A DNA stretch of 64,000 nt from Octopus sinensis (GCF_006345805.1 NC_043013.1:46686001-46750000); one strand, 5' to 3'; positions 12,171 to 26,460 are shown, counted from the stretch's first letter. Notes: generated by a model not told the origin, from the sequence alone. Numbers and translations: made by a program.

Positions 12171-12729
12171 AGTAAAGAACTGCATAGGATGGTTGATGCT
12201 CCTGCAGTGTAAGGTCTCTTGTTTAGCGTTGCATAGCTCTGAACAGCTACCGTCGAGCGGCAACCGTGATCTCACCATATGTCTATTTTCTTTTTCAAAC
12301 ATAGTGAATCTAGAACTTACTTTATCTAACATGTACTTACTTTTTTAAGGTGATACAGCTTGATTTCAGTGAATTTAGATGCTATTTCTGGCAGATTCAT
12401 ACATTGGCTTTTAACATCATTGGTTATTTTGGTATGGAATAAGTAGGTGAAACATAGTAGGTGTTTTAATGAGGTTGGATATTACATCATATAGTCATTT
12501 GATACCTCATATATTTGATATAATATTGTACGTGTATAATACAGTCTGATATAGTACTGGTAGGATATAATTCACATCACATAGTAAAGATATGATATCG
12601 CGTCAGATATCGTACAGTGTAATGCAATTGATATGATAGAATATAGTGATTTCATATATATTTGGCTGGTTATTAGTAGAGGCTATTCGATTACAATTGG
12701 CAAATTAATATGATATAATCCTTTCTGCT

Positions 12730-12940
12730 ATAGGGAGAGAGCCTGACATTTGGGTGGGAGTAAGTGGCGGTAATCAATAACATCGATTCCACTACTTGAC
12801 TGGTACTTGTTTCATCAACTTCGAAAGGATGAAAAGCAAAGTTGATCTCGGCGGAAGAGGAACTTAGAATGTGAAGACGGACCAAAATGCCGCTAAGCAT
12901 TTCCCCTGGCGTGATAACGATTCTGCCAACTCGTCGCCTG
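12730..12940 (-). mobile_element. SINE family B, degenerate
   Basis: Reverse-complement family B motifs (CGAAAGGATGAAAAGCAAAGTTGATCTCGGCGGAA). Confidence 0.7.
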
Positions 12941-13689
12941 AAGTTATGATGATATAATGCAGGTCATTTGGTATATTGTTGAAGTTGTAGCAGTATACAG
13001 AGAAAGTGTTCGGTAGGCGAGGGGCTTCAGTTTAAGAGATGCGGTTTTAGGGAACGAAAAAAAAAAAGAATAAAACAGGTGGCAGTAACTTTGAAGTTAC
13101 TGACATGGTTCATCACATTTTTGTCAACACAGGATGGAAAAATGGTAAGGACACATGGTTAAGAGTGCTCAGATCTGAAAATAAAAGGCGGCGACTTTGC
13201 CTTTCATTCTTTCGAGGTCGATAAAATAAATACCAGGGCATCACATGGGCTGATGTAATCGAATTACTCCATCCACCGAAATTGCTGGCATTGTGTCAAA
13301 ATTTGAAATCAAAATATGAACTGAAAAGAAGATCGATTAGTCATGCCTGGCGTATCTCGATTATAGGTCGACACAGATAAAGATGACCTCGGGCTAAACA
13401 ATAAAAGATGCGTGCAGAGAAAGAGAAATTCAACACTTAAACGCAAATAAGAGGGAAGGTGGTGATGATTATAATTGTACTGATGTTGCTGATGATTATG
13501 ATGATACTTATGTTGTTGTTGTGCCAAAGAAATCGAAGTGTCGTGTCACACGTGTTGTCTAAAATAGAAAAATGTCACAACACCACTGTAAGCTATATCA
13601 TGAGATTGACAGAAAGCAAGTGAGACATTAACTAAAAATATATCGCCATCAATGTGTTTCGCTGAAAGTGCGTGTGATATATTTTATCT

Positions 13690-13916
13690 TTGTACTAGTT
13701 TTAGTTATTAGATTGCGACCATGCTGGGGCACTTCCTTGAAGGATTTGTAGTCAAATTCGGGCCAAGTGCCTTGATTCTTTTTCTTTTGTTTAAAACCTG
13801 GTACTTATTCTATCGGTCTGTTTTGCAGAACTGTTTTTGTGTGTTTACGGGGACGTAAACACACGCAACCGGTTGTAAGCGGTGGTGGGGAAAGCACACA
13901 CACACACACACACACC

Positions 13917-13949
<33 letters not shown>

Positions 13950-14212
13950 AACACACACACACTCACACACACACACACACACAACACACACACACACTCA
14001 CTCACGCACACACACACACACACACACTCACTCACATACACACACACGCACATGATGGGCTTCTTTTCTACCAAATCAACTCACAAGGCTTTTGTCGACC
14101 TGAAGCAGTTCTGTAGCAGAAGAGAATTGCCCCAGGTGCCACTCAGTGGGACTGAACCCAGAACCATTTGGTTAGGAAGCAAGCTTCTTACCTCACAACC
14201 ACACCCGTGCCT
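13690..14212 (-). mobile_element. SINE family A with expanded internal (CA)n
   Basis: Both family A halves flank a CA-rich array. Confidence 0.8.
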
Positions 14213-15599
14213 ATCAACAGAAAAAAATATATATCAGTCAATTTGTTTGATAGAAGATGCGTCTGATGGTATCAGAAAATATACAGTAATTATTTGTTTA
14301 AATGAAAGTATGTTTGATATCAACAAAAAAAAAAAAACTGTATAGGAGGCAATGTCAGTTGTTTGATAGAATGTCTGGTAACAAAGAATATTTTAGCAAA
14401 GAACGAAAACCAGGCAGACATTTACAAAAGACCTAGTGGAAGCAACAGTCAAGATGAAGCCACCACTCCGACTGATGTAAACAGTGTACATAATACAAAT
14501 TCCTCATCTCAGGAAATATGGAATTGTATCAGCAAAGCAGTGACAGAACTCAATGTATGTGTTAGAAAGTATGTTAGATATCAGATGAGTATGACGATAT
14601 GTCTGCCAAACATTAATAGAGAATATTTACAAGGAAATATTTATAACAACAGTAAACTGTATAGATATGCATTTATAGATAAAAACTAAAATGGAAACCT
14701 GTTTCATAATTCTAAAATTAGAATCTTGCTAAGTACATGTCTACAGGGATTGCCATGGTAACAAAGATTTTAAATTTCGTTTGATCGTACAGTTTAATTA
14801 AAATGCTCATTCCAATATAAATATTCAAGAGAATGTTGCAGTTTTTGTAAAGAATGTCGACAGATTTGTCACAAAATAATTATTTATTATCATTATATAT
14901 TTGCAATTTGTTTCTTTTTGTTTCTTTGTTAAAATGGAATTCACAAAGAAAATAACAGAATAAAACAGTTTACTCTGACTTAATTATTAAATATCACAGC
15001 AGCAATAACTTCGTTACATCTACCAAGATAACACGAGCCGTCAATGAATGAGGGGAGACTTGCCTACGTTCCTCAGCCTTCGAGAAATAACCCCAATGGT
15101 TTTACTATTTATTAAAAATTGACATGTAGGTTTATGTAGCTGGAGATAAAGTAAATCTGCAAAGATGAGATGGTCATGGATAGAATGTCTTTGAATATAG
15201 GTTTGCTCAATAAGAGCTCACATCATACTAAACAATAATGACTGCTATAAGAATAACTAATCCTGCTCAAATATAGCGTAAAGTAATCTTGTCCAACAGA
15301 GGGGAGTAGCTGGAACAAGAGGCCGAGTGTGTGCAACCATTTCGAATGGTGTAGCGGAGTTGTGTCCCTCAACTTTCTGAGTTCAAATCACATCCAAATC
15401 CAACTTTTCATTTTCTTTCCGAATTGAATTAAATTAGCACAACCACAACCGCCCTATTTTTTAATTGACACAAACACATTCTTTGACGAGTCTAATCCGA
15501 ACCCTCAAGAAAACGGCTCGCTTTAATTATTTTCTTACACTGACCCTTAAATCCTTATAATTTGTTGCCATCGCTACGACGATGCTCTCCTAATTTCTA

Positions 15600-16830
15600 A
15601 ATTTTTTCTGGAGCACCACACCACAATCGTATCCAGCAACCTGACACGTCTCGTCTCCCGTAAATTCGCCCGTTGTGTCAGTAGCTTTTTCTGTGATGTG
15701 TGGCACCAGTATGGCACCAAGAGTGACTGTGATATAAAACCTAAAGTTGGTTAAAGGTATTCACTCTATGTCCCAGGTATTCACTCTATTTACTACTCTC
15801 CACCATCGTTATATTACTGACTGTACCGGCGGCGGATTCACCTGTGAGCAGTGGTCCCTTTATCTCGTTCAGTAAGACATTTACATCAACTCCTGAGGCT
15901 TCCCCGTTATCACTGATCACCTCCTTTCGATCTATTAAAGACTCAAGCACACTCTCTCCCCTCTATCACTCTCTCCCCTCTCTCACTCTCTCCCCTCTCT
16001 CACTCTCTCTCTGTATGGCTACTATCTGTTTATCAGTGTTGTGCGCGCACGTGTACGTTTTTTTTTTTCACATGCTTTATCAACTTTTATATAGAAAACC
16101 TTAACAGTCACTTCGATTGGTGCCACTGTAAGAACGGATGTCTTGAAGTATTTCGCTCCTTTTCTCTTACTTCGCTCTCTCTCTCTCTCTCTTACTTCGC
16201 TCTCTCCGCCTTTCCCCTCACAACCATTCACATCTTTGTAATTCATCCATCCTTGCCACCTCCGTAGCCGAGGTTATGATTTCGCGACTACATACCTGCT
16301 ATCCCAGGCCATCAGCCGACCACCGACCTCATGTACTTACCCACACATTTAACCATCCCAATTCATTTCCTCATCACTTTCCATCTCGCTACATAGTTTC
16401 TCCAGCATGAAGTCCTCAAGCATAATTCACTCTCACCCAGTAGTAACCCTTCTATCTTTCCCGTAATCCCTCTATTCTTTCAGATACGACTGCAATCCAC
16501 GCGATCTCTAGGTCAGAAATTCCTTCAACCCCCAACCTGGATGATGCACTTTCAACATTTTAACTTGACGTGAACTCAAAGATCCACTCTTTTAAGTACC
16601 CCAACCACTTGGCCGCTTCCTCCAGCAATGTTTAATATATTGCATTAATTGTCAACTCTGTGTATGGTCTTCCACTTACATGAACACTGGTTGGCACTTA
16701 GCAGATCGCTTCAGACACCACCTGCTTGATGTGCGTCACTAAGCTTCCGGGTTCCTTAAACCTGTGACTCGCCATTTTAACTCACGTGCCCAAACCTCCA
16801 CCTAACCTCTCCCTTACATCCCCCTCCCCC
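15600..16830 (+). pseudogene. Decayed Penelope-like element (late RT and GIY-YIG endonuclease remnants)
   Basis: 16620-16785 gives frameshifted SSNV.YCINCQLC...TGWHLADRFRHHL.DV...PVTRHFNS, typical of the PLE GIY-YIG region. Upstream YRKP and FRYDCNPRDL remnants are also present. Confidence 0.6.
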
Positions 16831-16837
16831 CTCCTCC

Positions 16838-17032
16838 CACTACCACTACTACCACTACTACTACCACCACCACCACCACCATCACCGCCGCCGCCGCCGC
16901 CACTACTACTAGTACTACTACTACTACTACCACCACCACCACCACCACCACCACCACCACCACACCACCACCACCACCACAACCACCACCACCACCACAA
17001 CCACCACCACCAAGACCACCACCACCACCACC

Positions 17033-17082
<50 letters not shown>

Positions 17083-17175
17083 CACACTACTACTACTACT
17101 ACTACTACTACTCTACCACCACCACCACCACCACCACCACCACCACCCCACCACCACCACTACTACCACCACCAC

Positions 17176-17258
<83 letters not shown>

Positions 17259-17264
17259 ACCACC

Positions 17265-17298
<34 letters not shown>

Positions 17299-17303
17299 TC
17301 ACC

Positions 17304-17377
<74 letters not shown>

Positions 17378-17378
17378 C

Positions 17379-17431
<53 letters not shown>

Positions 17432-17647
17432 ACACACAAACACACACACACAGACACACACACAGACTCACACACAAACACACACACAAACACACACACA
17501 AACACACACACAAACACACACACACAGACACACACACAGACTCACACACAAACACACACACAAACACACACACAAACACACACACACAGACACACACACA
17601 AACACACACACAAACACACACACACAGACACACACACAGACTCACAC

Positions 17648-17678
<31 letters not shown>

Positions 17679-17735
17679 CACACACAGACTCACACACACA
17701 CACACATACGTCCCTACACAAGCACACACATACAC
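16838..17735. repeat. (CCA/CTA)n trinucleotide array followed by a CA-based array
   Basis: Directly visible; it explains the 442-aa low-complexity ORF. Confidence 0.95.
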
Positions 17736-18226
17736 ACTCTCTCATAGTTGCACTAACGAATCTGTTGTCTACTCTATTTTTCGTGTCTGTCCAACATGTC
17801 ATCCTGCCATCCAGGTCCACTCAATAAATACATCGCAATCACGAACTGAATTCATATTGTTTTTTTTTGCTGTTTATACCTCCATTTTCTTCAATCGTAC
17901 TCGTGTCGGCCATATTGTCTCCCGTTTCCCAATCTTGGCGCATATCCATATCCAGAACATTCTTTTGAAGTTGGATTTCTCCTCAGACATTTTCAGATCA
18001 GATGTATTCTTCAATGGGTCTCCATTTCTTCAATATACCCTCAATAGATTCATAAACATACATACATTACACACACATACACACTTACACGCACAAACAC
18101 ACACATGTATGTAGACCTATATACATGCATGTGTATGCATGAAATGAATGCATATAACGTATAAATGTATGAGTGCATGTATGAGAGTGCTTGTATATAC
18201 ACTTATATATTAAATATATACATGTG

Positions 18227-18270
<44 letters not shown>

Positions 18271-18285
18271 GTGTGTGTGTGTGTG

Positions 18286-18316
<31 letters not shown>

Positions 18317-19096
18317 GTGTGTGTGTGTATGCATATACAAATATATGTAATATATAAGCATACATACAAACACACTCACATACACTGTATACACACGCAA
18401 ACACACACATATGGTATGTAAATATGTATGTGTAAATATGTGCATGTGCGCGCGCGCGTGTACATACAAAGACAAAAAGAAAGCGAGAGAGAAAGAGAAA
18501 GAGAGAGAGTGACTGACGGTCAGACAGTCAGACAGCTGAATATGTAGACAGACAGAAGATATATGGACGGGTAGATAGAGGGGTTGACTGATAGATAGAT
18601 AAATAGGTGGATGGATGGATGGTTAGATTGGTACGTGGTTCGATAGAAATGGAATGATAGCTGCGTTTATGAAAAGCGAAACACAAAATGACGGCCATTG
18701 AATGAAGCAGCGATGCAGGCAGAAGGCCTACTTAGTTATTTCAGCAGCCATTAGTGGTATGGTAGAGAAGCAGAGACTAAGTGAATGGTATGAAGTAGAA
18801 GCAGACAGGTTTGGGTGTGCAGACCATCCCAGGAAATAGCTACAGCTAACATTCTAAGGATTGGACAGGAAGTAGATCTTCTATCGCCATGATGAAGATA
18901 TACATATTCAAGCATGCATTTACACGCACACACACACGCATGCACACACACGCACAGATACAAACACACACAGACACACACACAGACACACACACAGACA
19001 CACACACACAGAGATACATACGTTTATTTATAATAAATATACATTCGTGCATAAACAAATATAATGTAAGGCACATATATGTGACACACACACATC

Positions 19097-19265
19097 TATA
19101 TGTATGTATGTGTGTATGTATGTGTGTGTGTGTATGTATGTATGTATGTATATATGTATGTATGTGTGTGTGTATGTATGTATGTATGTATGTATATATG
19201 TATGTATGTGTGTGTGTGTATGTATGTATGTATGTATGTATGTATGCATGTATGTATGTATGTAT
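19097..19265. repeat. (TATG)n microsatellite
   Basis: Directly visible. Confidence 0.9.
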
Positions 19266-19553
19266 TTGCGCATATGCACATATGTGTGTGTATATATGTA
19301 TGTGCCTGTACGAGGCAACTTGCTCGAAATAGCAGTCAGTACTCTCGCAGTTCATACCCTACTCTTTTAAATAATGATAAAAAAAGAAGTACATTGGATC
19401 ACATACGATGAAGGTTTTTTTTTTTCCAAGTAACAGTCTTTATAAGATATTGTTCTCATTGTAAATGAAACCACGTTACTATCACAATACTATAATAATC
19501 TCATGTAGTGTACTGTATACCAATGTGTAAATCATAATCAGAATTAAAGATTA

Positions 19554-21600
19554 CACAGGGTAACACAAGTATTGCTTTTCTAAATGTTTTTAGTGTTTCT
19601 CGAAGGTAATTTTTTTCTCCTGATTTCAAGACTACCCTTGAAAATTGCATAGCATTGGCGGCTTTCTAGAATGGAACAAAATTTAACTGCGATAGTACTT
19701 TATTCAACTTAACCACACTATACATTAAGAGGAACTAAAAATATTTTGTCCTAATACTTATCTTTAAACTAAGGAGATATGGAAGCGAAAGTATGATGAG
19801 ATTATAATTAGATTTTGCTAGAAATGCACCGAAGATCGTGCTCTCCTACCGTGAGCTCCTATACCAATGACCATACATTGCAGTGGCCCATCTCCGTTGG
19901 TATCCTTTCTCCATTGTAGCAATAGCCTGATCGAATCTCTCACCATGTTCCTCATTCACTTGACTTAAATTTTCACGAAAAAAGTCGAAATGCGAATGCA
20001 AAAAGTATACCTTTAATGACATTCTACAGCCTAAATTCTTATAACTCTCAATAATTTTTGCTACTAGCTGCATGTAGTTTGGGTCATTGTTATTACGAAG
20101 GAATCCATTGTCAATATCTCGAAAGTTTAACTGACCTCAGCATTTTCCTTACTTGTCGTCCAGTAAATATACAACCCTCTACTTTTGCCTCAGATAACTG
20201 TGGAAAGAATAGGCGAATCTCTTGAAATGCTTCTCCACCACGATCAAAAGCCTTTACAAACTGCTTGACAAAACTCAGCTTTATGTGAAGTGGAGGTAAC
20301 AACAATTTTGCACGCTCTACAAGAGGTTGTCTTATAACATTTAGCTTTCGTGACTGGAGGTCATCTCGTGGGGGCCACTCGGCCTTCTGGTAATGTTCAT
20401 GATAAGCCCTACTGTCCCATAGGTAAACAAAACACGAATAATTTGTGAACCCACCCCTGTAATTCAAGTAAGAAGCAAGCGTTTTAAAGTCATCACAAAC
20501 ATCCCATTTAAACTTATCATAGTTTACTTTCTCAAGAAGATCTTTTACATTGTCATATTCTTCCTTCATCTGTGCCGAGTATACAATAGGCTGGGATGGA
20601 TGCCGATTTCCATTGTGTTATAAAACGACTATGAGGCTTTTTGCCGAGCTGTCTATGAAAAGTCGCCAATCGTCAGGGTTGTGACCAATTCCAATAGCTG
20701 TAAACAAGACAGTTATATATTTTGCAGAAGCAGAGATTCTCATTTATTTCAAAGTATGCTTCGAATTCCTCATGGCGCCCCCTCTATACTGTTAATCTGC
20801 AGTCCATTCCCAAGAGATTCCACTCATTCAGCCTGGATGTTCAGCTCAGCTCCTGACTTAGTAAGACCCAAGTCCCTAATGAAATCATCCAGTTCACTTT
20901 TATCTGGAGAGTGTGGGCAGGTACTCGTTCCTCGCTCAAAGTTTTCATCCATTTCTTCGTCGTCGCCACCTCCAAACTCTCCAGGTGAGACTTCCATCAT
21001 ACCCTCTACCTGAAAAATTTAAAAGGTTGCACTTAATAGTTGAAACCGTAATAGGAATTTTATGTGTCATCCCATATTTCAATATTGATTCTGTTACCAT
21101 GAATGAAATTTAATTTTTTTATTAACACTTTGATAGGATGCACTAACATTTTCAGGCAGCCGTGGAACCAGTAAGTCATCATCATGTGGTAGAGGTGCAA
21201 TGGAGGATTGAATGCTGTGATACGGAAAGGCTTTTCTTCCCTTAACTATTCTGTACTTTGATATATCAACCATGCAAAAAATAGCAATCATCGTGATGAT
21301 CTTTTGGCTGTCGCCAAACTCCTGGAACAGCAAAAGACATTGTTTTCTTGGACCTCTAAGCCATCCATCTAAATTTGATCTACAAATTCCACATATCACA
21401 TGGCTTTCCTTGATCACCCATACTCATTCCAAAATACAGTCTATAAGCAATCTAGTACTCAGCCCCTTTTTTATATGCTACATACTTTCTTCCAACATAG
21501 TATACACACACATAACAGAATATATTTGGTGAATTTCTGCATTCTTGTACTCGGCTCATCAGAGGGTTATCTCCAGCATGCGCGGAATGGGCTCGCTGTT
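19554..21600 (-). pseudogene. Chapaev3-type (CMC) DNA transposon, decayed transposase with a probable intron
   Basis: ATG at 21559 begins MSRVQECRNSPNIFCYVC...YFG..GDQGK. Further motifs are HVICGIC..WLRG, ELDDFIRDLGLTK, LLPPLHIKL and LGCRMSLKVYFLHSHFDFF..EEHGERF..MEK.YQ.RW. Terminus TTA|CACAGGGTAAC at 19551-19563. Several frameshifts and stops. Confidence 0.75.
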
Positions 21601-21649
21601 GCAGAGGCAGATATCTATCTTCTCAAAAAAGTCTTCCCAGTGCACTTTG

Positions 21650-22235
21650 CATAACATGTTAGTGAAACATCGCCGAGATAAGTTAAAAAGTATAAAGTAT
21701 GTCGGGGCCGTATTCACGAGTGATGGCAAACGGAGGAGTAAGTATGCTAGAATCGCATGTACTGGCACAATACTGAACCAACTTCAGCTTTCAATCCTTT
21801 GAAGAGGAGATGTAGGTTAAAAAAAAAAGGTACAACTCACTATCTTCAGTTCGGTTTTCATGCTTATCCTCACCTATAATCATGACTGTTGGGTAATGAC
21901 CAGAAGAGTTTTATAGCGGATATATATGACCGAAATAGAATTTCTCTGAAGGATCTCTGGAGTAACTTGAGAGGGTGCGTGGCTCGGAGATCAGATAAGG
22001 GAATCTCTCCAGATTGAACCGCTATTTCTCTCTACTGAGAAACCAAGAAATGCAAGATAGCTTTACTAAGCCGAGTCAACTGACAGGACACCTAGGATTG
22101 GACCAAGAACGAGATGGCTGGGTAATATTCCTAGTCACAGTTGGTCACGCTTATGACTCCAGTAAGAAAGTGCAATGACCGTTCCTTCTGATAGAAACCT
22201 ATGGAGGAGAAGACTGGGGACCCTTCCAAGACTGG
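21650..22235 (+). mobile_element. RTE-clade LINE 3' fragment
   Basis: KYVGAVFTSDG...RIA, ILTY.HDCWVMT and E..FL.RISGVT remnants. Confidence 0.7.
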
Positions 22236-22446
22236 CGGACAGAGGTGGTAGGTGGATGACATTCATGTGCGAGACAGATAATCATAGGGAGCCGCAAGTG
22301 GCCCAAGTGTCGCAGGTGGTAAACGCTTGTGTAAGATACAGTAATGCTTAGATACATTGAAAAAGAGATATGATGGTCACGCATGGGACGCGAGATATTG
22401 AAAGGACTGATGAATCACAAGTAGCAAATCACCAACACAAAAGGAA

Positions 22447-22510
22447 CAGCAGCAGCAGCAGCAGCAACAATCAACATCATCAACAACAATGACTAAGACG
22501 ACAGTGACTG

Positions 22511-22582
<72 letters not shown>

Positions 22583-22616
22583 CGATGATGATAATGATGA
22601 CGACGACGACGACGAC

Positions 22617-22654
<38 letters not shown>

Positions 22655-22725
22655 CGATGATGATAATGATGACGACGACGACGACGATGATGATGATGAT
22701 GATGATGATTATGATAATGATGAGG
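22447..22725. repeat. (CAG)n/(GAT)n/(GAC)n array
   Basis: Directly visible. Confidence 0.95.
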
Positions 22726-22754
22726 ATGAGGGCGATGTGTTGTTTCAATGGTAA

Positions 22755-23490
22755 TTTCTTTATTTGCAAGAAAGGCAAGTAATGAGAAAATTACAAAAAA
22801 AAAAATAATAAATAAATAAGAATTAAAAAAATAAAAATACAGCTCGATAAGAAATCCTAGAAAGGGCTCCTATATTACAGGCAGCATAACAATACATTGA
22901 CGCCAAACTCACCATTCTCAAAGGCCATTCAGAAAATTTCCTAGAAAGCAGAGCTAGTTTCTCCCCACCTTCACATTCCTCTTCAAGTGGTACTTAGAGA
23001 ATTTGATGGAAGTTTTGATCGGAGAGGAAAAGTCCCGTCCTCAACCGTCTCTGACGTGCCTACCATACTACCTCTTTTCCCTTAGCAGAGGAAAACTGCT
23101 GGCCTTTCCTTGCCAAAAGGAAGGGTGAGGGGCGACCGTTACAATAGACTTGTATGGCAGCTGGATCCGTTCTACACGCGATAACAGTCGGTTGATAATA
23201 GGGTCAACAGTATTCTGTCACTGAAGGAGTGCATTGGAGAATGGTTTTGTTGTTCTCCGCGTATATAGCACAGCTTCAGATAATCACATTGCCGTGCCCA
23301 TAGAGCTTAGGATAATCACACAGTCGTGCCTATACAGCTTATTTCCTGCCAGCAATGTTCCGTCGGTGGCACCTGTAAAGGCAAAGAATTTAAAAAAAGT
23401 TTTCAGAGAATAAAACACAGACACCATGCTCGCTCCTACCTGCGCCTGATTTTCTCTGTAGTGAAACATGGTGACGTGTACCAACGAACA
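22755..23490 (-). mobile_element. Possible Tx1/L1-like LINE 3' fragment
   Basis: Decayed minus-strand coding remnants (KFSKYHLKRNVKV and a Cys-containing knuckle-like region) followed by a T-rich 3' UTR and AATAAA. Confidence 0.4.
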
Positions 23491-23705
23491 AACTCCCAAG
23501 TGGTCGCTCGGTTGCCAGTTAGAAATAGTAACAAAATCTCCAAATTATATCCTACCGTCATAAAAATTGAAGGATACATTTATATCGCATGGACGAAAAA
23601 AAAAAGAAAAGAAAGGTGAGGATGACGTTCAGAATGTCTTTGGTCATTGGCCTCGTCGCGAAGAAGCACCTGAGGCTATTCAGCAACCACATCAACAGCA
23701 GCGTC

Positions 23706-24075
23706 TAGTGGAGGCGCAATGGCCCAACGGTTAGGGCAGCAGACTCGCGGTTGGAGGATCGCGGTTTCGATTCCCAGACCGGGCGTTGTGTGTGTTTATT
23801 GAGCGAAAACACGTAAAGCTCCACGAGGCTCCCGCAGGGGATGGTGGCGACCCCTGTTGTACTCTTTCGCTCCAACTTTCTCTCACTCTTTCTTCCTGTT
23901 TCTTGTCCCCGCAACTGCTGAGCCCGGATGCGTATTCATTCATCCGTCGATGCTCTCGGTGTCGGGGGTTGACCTGCTTTCTCTTCTGCGGGTCTTACGA
24001 ATAGCAAAGGACCACATTTCGGACTTCTCCCAAGAGGACGAAGACCGCTTCCCTTAACAAACAAACAAACAAACA
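23706..24075 (+). mobile_element. tRNA-derived SINE family C with (AAAC)n tail
   Basis: Head GGAGGCGCAATGGCCCAACGG...GGTTTCGATTCCC. The first ~190 nt match the 47678-47983 copy. Confidence 0.75.
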
Positions 24076-24514
24076 GCAACATCTGAGATGGAGCGATGAG
24101 AGACTAACATCACTGCAGATGCTAAGCACCGACAGTAGCAACAACGTGTGATAGGGAGCCATGAGTGACTGATACTAATCTCGATGTTAAACAACATTTG
24201 TCAAAGAACATAACAACATTCCAGATGCTAAATAATAAGAACAACCTATGTCGGGGGCTATGACATCAATTCATAAGCTAAATAGCAACAACAATGTTAA
24301 CATGGAAACCTCCATTTGTAAAGATGTCGGTGTCAAATATGATAAGAGATTTTCATTTTGTACTTACAGCTGTTTTCTTACTTATTCCCACAGCAAACAA
24401 GAGTGAAATGGGATGTTGAAACACTCAATGTTTTTCCAAATAATAGTGACATATCTCCAACTGAAGACTAGAATCCTTTCACTAAGGATTCGTTGGCAAT
24501 ATCAACCAATTTCA

Positions 24515-24730
24515 GGACGGCGAGCTGTAAGAGTCGTCAACACACCAAGCAAAATGCTTAGCAACATCTACTCCACTTTCACGTTCAGAGTTCAAATTCT
24601 GCCGAGGCCGACTTTTCCTTTCATCTTTTCAGGGTCGATAAAATAAGTACGAATTGAACAGTGAGGTCGATATAATCGACTTATAACTCCTCCCCTAATA
24701 TTGCTGGCATTGTGCCAAAAATTTGAAATC
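24515..24730 (+). mobile_element. SINE family B, degenerate
   Basis: Family B motifs. Confidence 0.7.
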
Positions 24731-25442
24731 AATATTAACAAATGCCAATGTGTTGTCTTGTTCAGGGCTAAATTACCCAGAAACACGTAGGAATTCTGCT
24801 GAAAGTGTTCCAGAAATAGGCCGGAAATTCAGAATAGTATAGTTCTTCTTTACTTAATATTTTAATGACTATAAATGTATATATTGTCAACATTTTTTTC
24901 TCTCCCTCTTACCATATCTTCGTTTATAGATTTCATACAGAGTTTTTCTATAAATTTTTCTCATTATATTTTTTTCTATTCGATATATTTTTTGAAAAAG
25001 AAATGTATTTCAAGATGCATGCTCTCAAAGCGTATGGTATTTCCCTGCAGCATTATTATTAGCTAATTTATTTTCAGTCGATGCTTTTTTTTTTTTTTCG
25101 AAATAAAAATTAAATTTCTAAATGTATTTATGTTAAATCGGTGAAGGTACTAGTAAAAATGATCGAAACATCGTAAACAAGCAATTAGTTTGAAATCTAG
25201 TTTCTATAATGGGTTACATTTATAGTGTTTTTCTTTGGTTGATTTTTTTCAAACTCCATTTCTTTTCGTGATTTTTTTTCTCTCTCTCTCTCTTTTTCTC
25301 TCTCTCTTTTTCTTGATCTGTTTTTTTAAGCCATTTTTTCTCTCATCTCAAATGACGTCAATTTGAAAATGAGATGTCCCAGTTGGAATTTATTACAAAA
25401 AGTAGTTCTTGCTGCTTTACTAAGGCACGGCTGCTTTAAACA

Positions 25443-25462
25443 ATGATGATGATGATGATGAC

Positions 25463-25535
<73 letters not shown>

Positions 25536-25560
25536 GTAGTGGTGGTGGTGGTGGTGATGA
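25443..25560. repeat. (GAT)n microsatellite
   Basis: Directly visible. Confidence 0.95.
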
Positions 25561-25814
25561 TTATAATGATAATACTTTAGCTATAGCCTCAATTATATTA
25601 TCTATATCACATAATGTCATTCAGACAGTTTGCCGCAGTAAAACACAGACAAACGCGTCTATACGCGTATTATCAATTGTGAATCTCTTAAAGAATAGGG
25701 ATCTATCGAATCCAGCAATGGGTGGTGACCCTTATTGATGGGTATTTTCTTTGGTTAAGGTGTAACGCTCGTGCCTGTTATAGGGTATTGATACTGACAA
25801 TACAAAACTATATG

Positions 25815-26143
25815 TGGGACTGTGTGGTAAGAAGTTTACTTCTTAACCACATGGTTCTAGGTTCAGTCCCACTGTGTGACATCTTAGGCAAGTTTCTTCT
25901 ACTATAACTTCGGGCCGACCAAATCTTTGTGAGTGGATTTGATGGACGGAAACTGAAAGAAGCTTGTCGTATATTGGAGCCTTGGCTCTTCCTAGTAGCT
26001 TAGCGGTTCGGTAAAATAGCCCGATAGAATAAGTACTAGGCTTAAACAAAAGTATTGGGGTCGATTCATTCGACTAAAAATTCAAGGTGGTGCCCCAGCA
26101 TGGCTGTAGTCTAATGACTGAAGGGTAAAGAGTAAAAGCTGAA

Positions 26144-26187
<44 letters not shown>

Positions 26188-26460
26188 ATATATAGATGTA
26201 TATATGTATATGTATGTATATGTATGCATGCGCGTGTTTGTGTGTGTGTGGTGTGTGTGTGTGTGTGTGTGTTTGTGTCTGTTTTTGTCTACTCACCGCT
26301 TGACTACCGGTTTTAGAGTGTTTACGTTCCTGTAACTTAGCGGCTCAGCAAGAAACCGGATGAATAAGTCGTGGGGTCGATTTGTTCGACTAAAATTCTT
26401 CAAGGTATTGCTACACCATGGCCGCAATATAGTAACTAAGACAACTACAAGACAAAAGAC
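25815..26460 (+). mobile_element. Two adjacent or partial SINE family A copies
   Basis: Head at ~25815 with tail at ~26130, and a second 3' half at 26270-26460. Confidence 0.75.

Noticed and set aside
14363-14689. 108-aa ORF in unique-looking sequence
   Set aside because: Non-ATG start and no recognisable domain or splice support.
16786-18114. 442-aa Pro/His/Thr/Leu-rich ORF
   Set aside because: It is a translation of CCA/CTA and CA microsatellites with no domain or splice support.
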